Shown here: positions 15,353-28,759 of the stretch, piece after piece
Position numbering within the stretch: the first letter of the stretch is position 1
Layout of the letters: the number at the start of each line of letters is the position of its first letter
NCBI GenBank assembly: GCA_951406725.2
Contig: OX597835.1
Span: forward strand, 19,220,001-19,284,000
Direction: 5' to 3'
Length of the DNA stretch: 64,000 bases
Origin: Octopus vulgaris
Taxonomy: Eukaryota
Made by a program: the position numbers and the translations under genes
Notes under the pieces: model-generated
What the model saw: the letters and a program-made list of their open reading frames with translations, nothing else
Databases searched by the model: none
Told to the model about the DNA's origin: nothing

Positions 15353-15795
15353 TTCTCTACACACAGATAGAGAAATTAAGGCCAACAGACCAGATATAGT
15401 TGTCAGAGACCATGAAGAAAAAAATGCTTTCTAATTGATGTATCAGTACCGGCAGATGACAACGTGTCTCTAAAAGAAATGGAGAAACTCTCAAAATACA
15501 AAGACCTGGAAATAGAGGTAACTAGAATGTGGAATCTGAAAACAGAAACAATTCCTATCATAGTAGGTGCATTAGGCATGATAAAAAAATATTCAGACAA
15601 ATACATAACAAAAACACCAGGACTTACAAACACATATAACATACAGAAAATTGCACTACTAGGCACTGCACACATCCTACGCAGAACACTTTCCATACAA
15701 TAACCATCACAACAAATCACAGCACATACCCAAGGCACACAGAGCTGCGCTCGGTAGTGAAGTGAAAGCACGCTATAAAAATAAAAATAAAACTA

Positions 15796-15799
<4 letters not shown>
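15353..15799 (+). mobile_element. 5'-truncated R4/Dong-clade non-LTR retrotransposon (RLE domain and 3' UTR) inside (TAA)n
   Basis: HTDREIKANRPDIVVRDHEE, then a frameshift in the A-run at about 15420, then CFLIDVSVPADDNVSLKEMEKLSKYKDLEIEVTRMW...PIIVGALG...QKIALLGTAHILRRTL; typical R4 restriction-like endonuclease; (TAA)n on both sides. Confidence 0.92.
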
Positions 15800-15853
<54 letters not shown>

Positions 15854-17247
15854 TAATAATAATAATAATATATATGTATGTATAAACAAAGGAAGTGTGT
15901 GTGTGTGTGTATGTGTGTGTAGTACATATGCATTGCTACAGTTTTCAACTGATTTTTATTAAGCTTTAAAACATTACTTATGTGCCAAGAATGGTCATGC
16001 ACTATAACATTTTGCTCAGAGCCGACGCGTAACGCGAGAAACTGGCCCGGGAATGTATGTGTTTCGCATGGGGTTTTCTCTAAAAGCTGCAGCTCTCAAC
16101 CGATTCTTTCCCTTTGACTTCTGTGTTTTTCAAGCGATTCTCTCCTTTTTTCTCTCTCTATTTATTTATCTGTACTCTTTCTTTTTCTCACCCTCTGCAA
16201 TACATTCCTTTCACTCTCTCTCCCTCTCTCCCACTGTCTCTCTCTCTCCCCCTCTCTCTCTCTATTTGACTGCATTGTATTTCAGTTTGGTGGTGCGTAA
16301 ATATATTTGATTTCACGCTATTTGTACGTTCTCCATACAACATTATTTTATTTTTTTAATTTTTTGCACTCCATCTATTATATACACTATTTACTTTTAT
16401 CCCTCAATCGAAAACCGTTTTGATACAGACGATAAGCCTTACTTACTAATCAATGAGGAAGCAAACACGCCATGAGCGTTCATGCGTTAGAAAACGATAT
16501 CCAAAAGTGGTGCAAGATTTTATCACTCAAGCTTCTACAGTTTTTTTACGCTGAAATGGCCTTTGTAAATTATGACTACAAATTGACTTCCTTGTGTGAT
16601 AAAATATTGTTTCATTTTCGTTCTGTCACTTTTAGTTCTAATGTGGAAAATCTATAATATTGTTTAACTTTTACTCTTTCACTTTTGTGTGTGCGTTTGC
16701 GCGTTCCATACGGACAAGATAGTAAAGGACAGTTTATACTACAACGACGTCTCATATATAAGTATAAATATGTCTCCGAGTGAATGTGTATGGGTGTTTA
16801 AATGTGTATGTCTCTCAGACTCTCCCGCATTGTAACGCTCTTCAATTACCTCCCCTCAATTTTTTCTACTTGTTGATTCATTAGCAATCTCACAAACTTC
16901 CACGCAAGAAAATACAAAATTTCAACAATGTCAATATCATGAATAGCATCAGCGAAACCGGTCGACAAACACAATACTCTTTCACTCAAAATATATTTAA
17001 GAATAAATCAAAATTATGTAAACTGTGTGCATTTTCCTTCTTTTATTTCACATTTATATATTGCTGCTTTACAACCCCCCACGTGGGGATATACGAAATA
17101 CTCTTTCTCCCTAATTTTTCTTACTATATATGTTCGTATATCTGGGTGTGTGTATACATATGTATACAGATATGGCTGGGTATTAATATACACAAAAACA
17201 TACGAACATATATACATTTACACATGCGTACACACACACACACACAA

Positions 17248-17317
<70 letters not shown>

Positions 17318-17330
17318 GTTTGTGTGTGTG

Positions 17331-17626
17331 TGGAGGCCCAATGGTCCAGTGGTTAGGGCAGTGGGCTCGCGGTCGTAGGATCGTGGTTTCGATTCCCAGA
17401 GTGTTTATTGAGCGAAAACACCTAAATCTCCACGAGGCTCCGGCAGGGGGTGGTGGTGATCCCTGCTGTAGTCTTTCACCACAACTTTCTCTCACTCTTT
17501 CTTCTGTTGGCCTGCTCGCTTAGCCTGCGGGGTGGCATAATTTGAAGGCTAAAACAATGTGAAGTGCATTGTGACCAGCGATGTGTAGCAACATCTGATA
17601 GCCTAGTCGGTCACATGATCACATGA
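17331..17626 (+). mobile_element. SINE family B head/body with tail 2
   Basis: TGGAGGCCCAATGGTCCAGTGG head; diverges from other B copies after ctttcttct; ends (TCACATGA)2. Confidence 0.85.
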
Positions 17627-18192
17627 TATATATATATATACATACATATGTACAAAAGATAGAGCTGTAGATTTGAAAATATCATTCCTGCATGCATACG
17701 TATGTATAACTCCAAAGACATGCGTCCATATCTATTTACATATAGTGAGAGAATCTATCTGGTAGATAGAAAGTGAGACACCATTATATTTGTTTCACTT
17801 GTTTATTTTAGATGTACGCTATTCAAGTATTATTCATCTCTCAATCAATTCTTTATTCTATAGTACTGTATCTCCCACCGCAGATTTATAAATAGAAACC
17901 CATTAACCAAAACATTAATGAGAATATAGCTAGAATGCTTACTTTTATATTTAAGTACACTTAGAATACAATATAACGTTCCTTTATCAATCCACTTTGC
18001 CTGTGAGATTCTAAAGATATGCCAGACAACGTGATCAGACATAATAAAAAAAAAATCAGAAACATGCGCATATACAGCAAAACGTCCCTTGCTTTAGCCT
18101 ATATAGATTTTTTGTATGGATGTATGCATAAGTGCATGTGGGTATCTATGTATATATATATATATATATATATTTATTTATTTATTTATTCG

Positions 18193-18252
<60 letters not shown>

Positions 18253-18269
18253 ATGTAAGTATATATATA

Positions 18270-18470
18270 TGAATATGTATTTATCATTAAACCAAATACG
18301 AGCTTGGACACTTTTCCTTCCCCTGACCTAATCTCTCTACGCTTTCGGAAGAAGAACTATGCTCCAAATGTTGAACATTTACTGTTTTTCTCACATTTAC
18401 TAAGCTAATGCAAGCTAGGTGTACTTCCATTTCTGTTTGTGTTTGTTATTTGTCATTTTAAATTTCATCG
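18270..18470 (+). mobile_element. Very degenerate family-E repeat
   Basis: ctttcggaagaagaactatgctccaaatgtt aligns loosely to the family-E hammerhead segment. Confidence 0.4.
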
Positions 18471-19071
18471 GCCTATATATGTAGGTAGATACAAACAAAT
18501 GTATACATATTTATAAATATATAATTACGGATATTTGCATATATATATGTGTGTGTGTGTCTGTGCGTATGGGTCTATGTGGATGTGTGGTTTTAGGCGT
18601 GTGTGCGTGCCCGCAGGTAAAATGTAAACACCTTTGCAGATATTTGAAATAATTCTTATCTGGAACTCCTTCCAGTACTCAATGATTGCATATGAATATC
18701 GATTTCAATGCATCCTTCTAACGCTTATGAAGGCGGTATTAATTCTGCTAGGTTCTTATGGTAACGCGCTCTGCTTAGACGCACCCACATAACTCAGACT
18801 TTGCTGTGCGTGGGAACTGTCTGTGCAGTGGCCAACGCCCTTCCACAGTTGACCGGCCAAATGTCACTCGTAGCATCATATAGAATTACAGTGACGTTTC
18901 CGACACTGCATCGAAATGGCGACTATGCCAGGGAAAATACCGCCGTAGTAAACGTTCTAAATGTTAGATTCACGTCAATCTGTATACAAAGATTGGTTTT
19001 TGAGATCATTACTTCTATCGCTAACGTTAATTTAATATATACATATATTATATATAATAATAATAATAATA

Positions 19072-19280
19072 ACAGAGATACCCGGCGTTGCCCGTGTTAC
19101 ATGCAATTGAAAAATTAGACTTTTATGTTATATTTTCTGTAATGAATTGGAATATCTATGTTTCGAATTTCATCAAAATTGCAGATGAGAGTTAGTTCCC
19201 TCTTTACACACCCTAAAAAAAATTGCAGTCGTGTCACATGTATCCCATACAAGTGACTTTTATGCATATATTCCAAAATT
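19072..19280 (-). mobile_element. Degenerate Helitron-like 3' end
   Basis: atacccggcgttgcccgtg resembles the terminal hairpin of the 10852 element. Confidence 0.4.
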
Positions 19281-19291
19281 ATATAAATATA

Positions 19292-19335
<44 letters not shown>

Positions 19336-19378
19336 TTTATTTAAAGTAGAAGAAAATTCAACAAAACCTGTTACTCTG

Positions 19379-19428
<50 letters not shown>

Positions 19429-19484
19429 TTATGTATATATAAAGTATATATATGTATATATATATATATATCATTCTTTTCGTG

Positions 19485-19832
19485 ATGTCTTCTTTCGTTC
19501 GGGATGTTGACGATTGTCCTAAACGGGAAAAGCACTTTCAAACTTATATTTTGCTCATGGGAGTGTCCTTATAAGCTGTTTGAAGCATGAAAACTGTTTC
19601 TACCACCGTTTTTCACAGCAGAAAACAGAATCTCACGGAAGCGCGGCGTCCCTTCTTTTCAGTCATCGCAAAAATCGACGAAAAGAGGAGAAACGCTGCA
19701 AAACATCAAACAATGCCAGTGTGCAGACTTGTGCCTGAAGATTGCATCAAGTGGCTCCTACCGGCAGAAGCTTGAACTACGCCAAGCTTGTCCCACACAG
19801 AACGCTTCCGGTTACTTTTGGGTACCACCTCA
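19485..19832 (-). pseudogene. Mariner transposon 5' fragment (TIR plus transposase N-terminal HTH, stop-disrupted)
   Basis: Terminus TA|TGAGGTGGTACCCAAAAGTAACCGGAA; from ATG at 19666: MTEKKGRRASVRFCFLL*KTVVETVFMLQTAYKDTPMSKI*V*KCFSRL..STSRT, matching the mariner IKFCF.LGK...ET..ML..AY....S...V.EW..RF pattern. Confidence 0.85.
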
Positions 19833-20299
19833 TATATGCATGTATATACAGCCATATAAATACACACCCATACACCTATTACATATACACGTCTTTAAAT
19901 ATCTGTTTTTCTCTGAATATGTTTACGTAATTAGTGAGAGAAAATGAACAATGATATTCGTGTGCTTCTAGGTTGCGTATTATATTCAGCTTTCATTTCG
20001 TTCTCAAGATGTTTTCGTATGATTAATTATCTACTTTAAAATGGTTTGTAGAGGGCTGATGTGGTAAACATAGGAGGAATATGGATAAACGACTGGTTGT
20101 TTTTCCAATCCATATGCTGGAATCCATAACATAATTAAAATCTTACATCTCTTTTATCTTATTCCTTTCTTAACCACTTTGTCTCCCCTACTTTCTCTGC
20201 TTTCGTTTTACCACGCCACTCTCTCTCTATATATATATCCGTCTCTGTTGCTTACGTTGACGACTACCTCCTTAAAGTATACGTAGGATGTATATGAAT

Positions 20300-20333
<34 letters not shown>

Positions 20334-20673
20334 AGTGTGTGAGTGTCCGTGTGTGCGTGTCTGTGCGTGTGATTGTATATATTTGTATATATAATTCCGC
20401 AATATAAACACATGTGTGTGTATGTTTGTATGAATACACTCCCGTTATATTTATATATATATATACTCAAACATAAAAGAGATACCCGAAGAATAGGATA
20501 GGTTTGAATGTACACAGTATTCTTCTCTGAATAATATATAGTCTATTGACTAATTGTTTCTCGTTAGACCACTGGTAACTAAGAATTTTTCGGTAAATAT
20601 TCTTGTTACCCTAAGTTTTTAATATATATATTTAAAAAAGGAGATGTGGAACACGAGTTGTGATATATAAGAA

Positions 20674-20791
20674 AAGGAAATGAAGAAAATGCTGACAAAA
20701 TAATTTAAGTAATTTAATTAGGTAAAAAGAACTTTCACCTAATTAAATTACTTAAATTACTTAAATTATTTTGTCAGCATTTTCTTCATTT

Positions 20792-20795
<4 letters not shown>
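20674..20795. repeat. Inverted repeat, arms about 50 bp
   Basis: aaggaaatgaagaaaatgctgacaaaataatttaagtaatttaattaggt and its reverse complement (extra 9-nt slip in right arm); abuts (TA)n. Confidence 0.9.
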
Positions 20796-20855
<60 letters not shown>

Positions 20856-20860
<5 letters not shown>

Positions 20861-21036
20861 ATCCAAACGAGAAAGCACAATAAACACAACGCGAGGACGT
20901 GGAACAAATATAGCATTATTGGACGCTCAGGAAAGAAGGGAAGAAGGAGGGTTTAACGTTTCGAGCGGAGCTCTTCGTCGGAAACATAGGAGAAGGAAAG
21001 ATCTCGAGAAGGGAAGACAGAGGAAAAAAATCGCCA
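20856..21036 (-). mobile_element. Hammerhead-bearing short repeat (family E), TA-flanked
   Basis: About 180 bp, reverse complement of 50645-50834 and 55338-55521. Confidence 0.85.
20951..20985 (-). ncRNA. Minimal type I hammerhead ribozyme motif (U4C variant)
   Basis: GUUU-CCGACGA-A-GAGC-UCC-GCUC-GAAAC-GUU^AAAC; 4-bp stems I and II; palindromic ACGU stem III. Confidence 0.7.
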
Positions 21037-21396
21037 GTCATATATATATATATATAACAACAAATTGATTGTGATTCACTACAGCTGTTTCAGACGCTTT
21101 TTTTTTATTGATGCAATAAAACAATCAATCTCGAGCCGGCAGTTCATTTACAACTCTAGTCCATAGAAAGTGGAGCAATACGTGCAGTGGGTGTACCCAT
21201 GTGCGACCTTGACTATTATATGAGTATTGAATCAGCCACTTGTGAACTCATGCATAACCGGAGTAGAAATCTAGTTTTACTTTAGTTAATACGGATTTGT
21301 ACACAATAGCGCTATCTTCGACCCTACCTTGGGTGCTTTCCCTATTTACAAACATAATTCTCACGAATCCTGCAAATTTAAATACATCTGTATGCA

Positions 21397-21640
21397 CATT
21401 ATTTACATTATTTACAGTTGAAGGATATTTGTCCTGATCTTGTTTGTTCGTTGTTAACACAACGTTTCGTCTGATATACCCTCAGCCTTCATCAGGTGTA
21501 TTGGGGGAAATTACGGAGGCATGCCTTGGTCCATTTTATAACATCTGATGAAGGCTGGAGGGTATATCACCCGATACGTTGTGTTAAAAACAAACAAGAT
21601 GGGGACAAATATCTGTCAATTGTAAATAATATAAATAATG
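21397..21640. mobile_element. Inverted pair of hammerhead-bearing repeats (family F), Penelope pLTR-like
   Basis: 21397-21499 is approximately the reverse complement of 21541-21640; both arms carry CUGAUGA-A-GGCUG...; third copy at 32993-33125. Confidence 0.82.
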
Positions 21641-21914
21641 CACGTAATTCCTCATCTCTTAAATACAGAACTGTTATATCTGCATATATATGGGCGTGGA
21701 AGCGGAAGAAAAACAGGAACTCGCCACCAAAGAAAAGCACATTCGATGGAAGGAAAAAAACACAGTAGCGCCGGCAGGGGGCTCCTTCAAATGCAGTTGC
21801 TGTATGCGTGACTGCCACAACAGCTCCTACACCGTCATCAGCAGCTGACACGATTTCTTCGGGCAGAGGTCCATGGTCTCTCGAGTCCAACGGAGGCCTA
21901 TTACCACTACTCTA

Positions 21915-22720
21915 TGGTAAAAAGTGTGCTTCTTAACCACGTTGTTTGTGGCTCCATGGATAAATTGACTCGGGCTGATCGAAATCTTGTGAGCGAATAT
22001 GGTTCAATGAAGCTGAGCAAAGCCCGTCGTCCTATATACCTATGTACGTATGTGTAATTTTGTATAATTGTCTGTACTCCACACAGATATAAACCGGGGT
22101 TGGTGTGTTTACATCGCGGTATCTTAAGCGTTCGAAGGGCGGCGAGCTGGCAGAATCGTTAGCACGTCGGGCGAAATGCTTAGCGGTATTTCGGCTGGCG
22201 TTACGTTGTAAGTTCAAATTCCGCCGAGGTCGACTTTGCCGTTCATCATTTCGGGGTCGATAAATTAAGTACCAGTTACGCACTGGGGTCGATGTAATCG
22301 ACTTAATACCTATGTCTGTCCTTGTTTGTCCCCTCTGTGTTTAGCCCCATGTGGGTAATAAAGAAATAGGTATTTCGGCTGCCGTTACGTTGTGAGTTCA
22401 AATTCCGCCGAGGTCGACATTGCCTTTCATCATTTCGGGGTCGATAAATTAAGTACCAGTTACGCACTGGGGTCGATACAATCGACTTAATGCCTATGTC
22501 TGTCCATGTTTGTCCCCTCTATGTTTAGCACCCTGTGGGTAATAAAGAAATAGATATCTTAAGCGTTCGATAAACAGAAACCGTTAATATATGTACCAGA
22601 TTTCACATGTATAAGAGTATACTTTGTCACTCAGCTCGAGAATGAGAATATATAGCAGCACACACTTGAGGAACAAGTGCACCATGACGTAAATAAGGAA
22701 CCTGCGTGAAACAGCTGAGG
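21915..22720 (+). mobile_element. Old degenerate family-A-like SINE interrupted by family C
   Basis: Residual motifs ctcgggctgatcgaaatcttgtgag, aagcccgtcgt, tggtgtgtttac, aagcgttcg. Confidence 0.55.
22138..22553 (+). mobile_element. SINE family C dimer
   Basis: Head plus two body units; 16-bp TSD tatcttaagcgttcga at 22120-22135 and 22555-22570. Confidence 0.92.
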
Positions 22721-22820
22721 GGAAAATGCTAGCCGGAGGGATGCTTTGGTCCAGGTTATAACGCCTGTAATGAATATTTCAATTCGAAGCCTTTCTTGAG
22801 CCAAAATTTCCACTCTGTGA

Positions 22821-23040
22821 GGCGGTGAGCTGACAGAATCGTTACCACTCGTCGTAAAACGCATAGCTGTATTTCGTCCGTCTTTTTACGTTCTGAGTTC
22901 AAATTCCAACGAGGTGACTTTGTCATGCATCCTTTCGGAATAAGATAAGTACCAGTTCTGTGCGGTGGGGTCGATGTATTCGACTTATTCCCTCCTCATC
23001 AAATGAATGGCTGGCCTTCTGCCAAAGGCTTAAAATCAAT
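22821..23040 (+). mobile_element. SINE family C, older, alternative tail
   Basis: ggcggtgagctgacagaatcgtta...gagttcaaattcc. Confidence 0.8.
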
Positions 23041-23414
23041 ATTTACACGCTATTATTTCTACCTTTATTTTCTCCGAAAGTCTGCGTTCGAAAAAAAAAT
23101 TATTTTTCCTCGATTTAAAAATAAAAATTCGAGAAGGAGAAATATTTTGTATCCAGTAACTAAACGCTCGACCATCGTGCACGAATGGTGTAATTGAAGT
23201 ATGTATTTGATTGAAGACACCAAATATCTGTTTCCTTAACGTATTTAGACTTATTTCAAATTCCCCATCGCAGACACTTTCTTTCAACAAAAATATATGT
23301 ACGCGAATGTGTGTTTGTGTGTTTGTGTGTGTGAGAATATATACTGAAACACTTACACAGACACACACATATATATATATATACATACATGTACAAGCAT
23401 ATATTGAAATGTAT

Positions 23415-23464
<50 letters not shown>

Positions 23465-24050
23465 GCATATATATATATATACATATATGTACAGGCATAT
23501 AGTGAAATGGATACATACATACATACGTACATATATATATATGTATGGGGAGGTATACATATTTAACAATATAAGAAGCTGTGTACAACATTCTTGTAAT
23601 CATTGCAACCAATTTCGCTTAGGTTCCTGTTTTTAATCATCTCGTGTTATAAATGGGAAGAAGAAGAAGAAAAAATACCCACTTTTCGCGTCATCTATTA
23701 ATATCGTTGGAAGAAGAGAAAAAGTGAACGAATAGCTTCAATGAATGGCTGTGTCTGCTTACAATTCATAAAGTACAACGCTCTTTCTCCTATTGTGTAT
23801 TGTGATACCTACTTATTTTAAGTTCATATTCTTCCAGTTTAAATAATGAAATGTGAATAACATTGCGGTATATATGTATTTCCATATGTGTGTAGATGCA
23901 TAATGTTTTCATATGCTTCAAGGAATAAGCGAAAACGTACGCATGTACGAACACACACAAGCACGCATGCTATATGTTATATATATATATATATATACAT
24001 ATGTTACATATATATATGTTCACATATAGTTTTGTACATGCATATACATA

Positions 24051-24082
<32 letters not shown>

Positions 24083-24084
24083 CA

Positions 24085-24212
24085 TAAGGATAATTCACAA
24101 AAAAGGAAACAAAAGACAAAGACGTGGTGTAGACGCGCTTGGGAAAGGGAAGAGTATTTAACGTTTCGAGCCTACGCTCTTCCACAGAAAGGAACACAGA
24201 AAGAAACAATGT
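24085..24212 (-). mobile_element. Family-E repeat with hammerhead-like motif (CUGUGGA core)
   Basis: CUUU-CUGUGGA-A-GAGC-GUAG-GCUC-GAAAC-GUU-AAAU at 24156-24191; (TA)n both sides. Confidence 0.7.
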
Positions 24213-24217
24213 TATAT

Positions 24218-24312
<95 letters not shown>

Positions 24313-25002
24313 CATATATATACATATATATCCTTAATTAATATTTAAAACCTGGTAAAAATAGGTAATAATATCTAACTTACTTGATTCCTATTACTCT
24401 AAAACTACTCGACCCTCATGATATTTGCATGTATTGGAATGCTTTATATAAATAGATTTTAAATAAATAAATAACATTTTATAACTACCAATTTATAATT
24501 ATAAATTATCATATAATGAATAATAATAATAGCATTTTATTTGATCTATAATAAATATGTGTATAACGAAAATTACAAACAATGAATTACATAGAGAGAT
24601 ACAATTGACAAACCGATAATTCATTTATATTATAATATAATATAATATACTATGAATATAATGTAATATTATATACGATAACATAAAATACCAAAAAAGT
24701 CCAGATGCGCAAACAATTTGTTATGACTTATATATACATATATATATCATTTGAGTTATAAAAAATTTAATGCACTTATAAAGTCTCATCTGAAGTAAAG
24801 TTTTTACTTTAGCGAATACGGATTTTAGGTCTAAGACAATCCTTGGCTATTATGATAACATATAAAAACAATAATCTCGAGTAAGTAAGACACTGATACT
24901 TCATTTATATACCAATATATTGTTGTTGTGTGTTATTAAAATTGTGAAAGATTGTCTTCGGAAAAAACGAGTTAGGATAAATATTATTTGAGATATATAG
25001 AC

Positions 25003-25380
25003 TAGCTTGCTTACCAACACATGGCTCCGGGTTCAGTCCCACTGCATGGCACCTTGGACAAGTGTCTTCTACTATAGCCCCGGGCTTACCAAAGCCTTGT
25101 GAGTGGATTTGGTAGACAGAAACTGAAAGAAGCCCGTCGTATATATATGTACATGTGTGTGTATGTGTGTTTGTGTCTGTGTTTGTTCCCCCAACATCGT
25201 TTGACAACCGATGCTGGAGTGTTTACGTCCCCGTAACTTAGCGGTTCGGCAAGAGACCTATAGAATAAGTACTAGGCTTACAAAGAATAACTCACTCCTG
25301 GGGTCGATTTGGTCCACTAAAGGAGGTGCTCCAGCATGGCCACAGTCAAATGATTGAAACAAGTAAAAGAGTAAAAGAGT
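25003..25380 (+). mobile_element. SINE family A, 5'-truncated
   Basis: Homology to A copies; GTAAAAGA tail repeats. Confidence 0.9.
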
Positions 25381-25674
25381 ATATATTTCTGTATATGCAG
25401 ATTCTATTTACTTAATCACAGTTTAATTAATTTTGTTGTTTTTCAATTGTAATTGGTAAATAATTGAAAAGTTAACGTTCACGCTTATAATGCTTAGGCA
25501 TTGGTTTGTTAATGATCTTTTTTTAATGTTTGTCTTATCTTATTTTATGTTATATTCATAGTATATTATGTTATAATATAAATAATTATTTGCAAAGTCA
25601 ATCGCATCTTGCTAATTAATATATTGTTGATATATACATACATACATATATATATATATACACACACATACGCA

Positions 25675-25733
<59 letters not shown>

Positions 25734-25877
25734 ATATATATATATATATATATACATACATACATAAATGCTTGTATATGTATATATATATATGTGTGTA
25801 TATATATATGTATATATATATATACATATATATACATGTATATATAAATATAAATATAAACATACATATAAATATAA

Positions 25878-25915
<38 letters not shown>

Positions 25916-25945
25916 GTGTATATTATATATTATGTATTATATATA

Positions 25946-26218
25946 TTGTCCCCTCTCGAGCCATGCCATGCCTGGCTCATAAGGGCTGGTTTTCGGGTTC
26001 CCTTTGCGTATAGGCAGGTGAGCTGCAAAACGCAGGAAGAAAGAGTGAGAGAAAGTTGTGGCGAAAGAGTCAGCAGAAGTTCACCATTTCCTTCTGCCGG
26101 AGGCGCCTGGTGCTTACGTGTTTCGCTCATAAACACACACATCGCCTGGTCTGAGATTCGAACCCGCGATCTCTCTACCGCGAGTCCTCTGCACTAAACA
26201 CTCAGCCATGTGCCTCCA
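25946..26218 (-). mobile_element. SINE family B head/body with tail-3 variant
   Basis: B box GGTTCGAATCTC; body cacaactttctctcactctt; tail ATGAGCC...GGCTCGAGAGGG similar to 8870-8895. Confidence 0.8.
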
Positions 26219-26281
26219 CACACACATACACACACGCGCGCGCGTGCGCACAGACACACACACGTACACACAAACACATTG

Positions 26282-26377
26282 TATATTGAGGTACAAAGAT
26301 ATTGCCACGAAATATATTTATATGTACGTACGTTCATATAAAGTTATCTCGTGGCAATATCTTTATACCTCAATATA
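26282..26377. mobile_element. MITE-like element, about 29-bp terminal inverted repeats
   Basis: tatattgaggtacaaagatattgccacga / tcgtggcaatatctttatacctcaatata (1 mismatch); TA at both ends. Confidence 0.6.
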
Positions 26378-27313
26378 TTTGTGAATTTATTGGTGCAGCC
26401 ATTATGTTATTGTGCAAGTCGAAAACTTACGTCAATCGCTAATAGGGAGTGAATAATATTGTTGAAGTTATTTAAAGCTAAACGACGATAATATAGAATT
26501 TAAGGTTAACATTCCGTACCATCGTGTTTATTAATTTGCTGTTAATTAGCCCCAGAAACAACGAAGCAAATCAGAATTTCGTAGATTCATGTTTAATTAC
26601 AAACCGCGCACTGTATCAATATAATTCTTAAAGAATTGATAGAAACTATATAAATAAACGCATTTGACTTCCTTATTTCAGCCATTTTATATTTATATGC
26701 ATTTATATATTCAGAAACAACGATAACAAATAAGGAAGCAGACGATGATAAAAATATCAAAGAAAAACACCAACGGTGAGAAGAATTCCATCAATAATGG
26801 TAATTTCTGAAAATCTACTGTGGTTTAAAATGGTGGAGGAATATTTTCTTTTGTTTTGAAATGAGCGGCTTGTTTCCATCAAGATTATTCTGTTTACCAA
26901 TTAAGGTCAAAGCACAAATAGAAACAAACGTTGAAGAATTACAAAGAGAATGAAATTATGCAAATTATAGGATTTGTGTTTGCACACTTCAGGTTCTTTT
27001 GTCTGGAAGTTCAAATAACATTCAACGATCTGCCTAAGGCAAGCTGAATATATGAAGATTTAATTTTATAAATTTCTTGCAGTACATTATCAGTATGTCT
27101 TCAATACGTTCCATCCACAGGTGTATTGTGTCTACATATATACATACAGTGAAATGCTTCGTATTCGAAAATAGATACGTACTAAAACATATTAACGCGT
27201 ATGCCTTCTATTTTCAAATGCATTTATATACACCACAAAGGTTTGTTTATGTATGCATATCAGTACATGTTTGTTTGGTTATGTATATATATGCATATAT
27301 ATCTATATCTATA

Positions 27314-27392
<79 letters not shown>

Positions 27393-27451
27393 ATGTATAT
27401 ATATACAGAGAGAGATAAATAGACAGATGGATAAATAAATAGAGAGACATA

Positions 27452-27452
27452 C

Positions 27453-27525
<73 letters not shown>

Positions 27526-27590
27526 AATAAATAGATAGATAAATAAATAGATAAATAGATAGATAAATAGATAGATAAATAAATAGATAG

Positions 27591-27666
<76 letters not shown>

Positions 27667-27703
27667 ATAGATAAATAAATAGATAAATAGATAGATAGAT
27701 AGA
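27452..27703. repeat. (TAGA/TAAA)n microsatellite
   Basis: Direct reading. Confidence 0.95.
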
Positions 27704-27889
27704 TATTTACTTTTGTTTATGCATTTGTGCAAAAATCTTATTTCTCGCTATATTTAAAATTTCAATTATTTCTCAAATTAAAGTTAACTTCTAAATCAGA
27801 AACTATTACTGGTGTTTATTACATATCACATTTGCAATTTGTATCTATATCTATATATATCTTCCCCAGTCCTTCTCCATTTCTCTCTC

Positions 27890-27928
<39 letters not shown>

Positions 27929-27998
27929 CGCTGTATACTCGCATACATGTATATCTATACATAAGCATATATATATCTATACATAAGCGCATTTATAT

Positions 27999-28034
<36 letters not shown>

Positions 28035-28046
28035 CATAAGCGCATT

Positions 28047-28110
<64 letters not shown>

Positions 28111-28197
28111 AAGTTAATCCAAACATGAAAACACAAAGAGGAAACACAACAACGCGAGGACGTGGAACAAGTATAGTGTTATTGGACGCTCAGGACG
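28111..28197 (-). mobile_element. Family-E repeat, truncated before the ribozyme motif
   Basis: agttaatccaaac...ggacgtggaacaa...ggacgctcagga matches 20856-20932. Confidence 0.8.
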
Positions 28198-28371
28198 CTT
28201 CTTCTTCTTCTTTTTCTTCTTCTTCTTCTTCTTCTTCTTCTTCTTCTTCTCTTCTTCTTCTTCTTCTCTTCTTCTTCTTCTTCTTCTTCTTCTTCTTCTT
28301 CTTCTTCTTCTTCTTCTTCTTCTTGTTTTTCTTCTTCTTCGTCTTCTTCTTCTTCTTCTTCTTCTTCTTCG

Positions 28372-28403
<32 letters not shown>

Positions 28404-28564
28404 TTCGATTTCTTCGTCTTCTTCTTCTTCGTCTTCTTCTTCTCCTTCTTCTTCTTCTTCTTCTTCTTCTTCTTCTCCATCTTCTTCTTCTCTTCCTCCT
28501 CCTCCGTCTTCTTCTCCGGCTTCTACTTCTACTACTACTACTCCTTCTCATCCTCCTCCTCCTC

Positions 28565-28597
<33 letters not shown>

Positions 28598-28616
28598 ATT
28601 ATTATTATTATTATTG

Positions 28617-28671
<55 letters not shown>

Positions 28672-28725
28672 TCTGCTTCTTCTCCTTCTTCTGTTCCTCC
28701 TCCTCCTCCTCCTCCTTCTTCTTCT
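28198..28725. repeat. Compound (CTT)n/(CCT)n/(CTA)n/(TTA)n trinucleotide array
   Basis: Direct reading. Confidence 0.95.
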
Positions 28726-28759
28726 TTCATCCTAAGGAAGCATTACTAATATTATGCCC

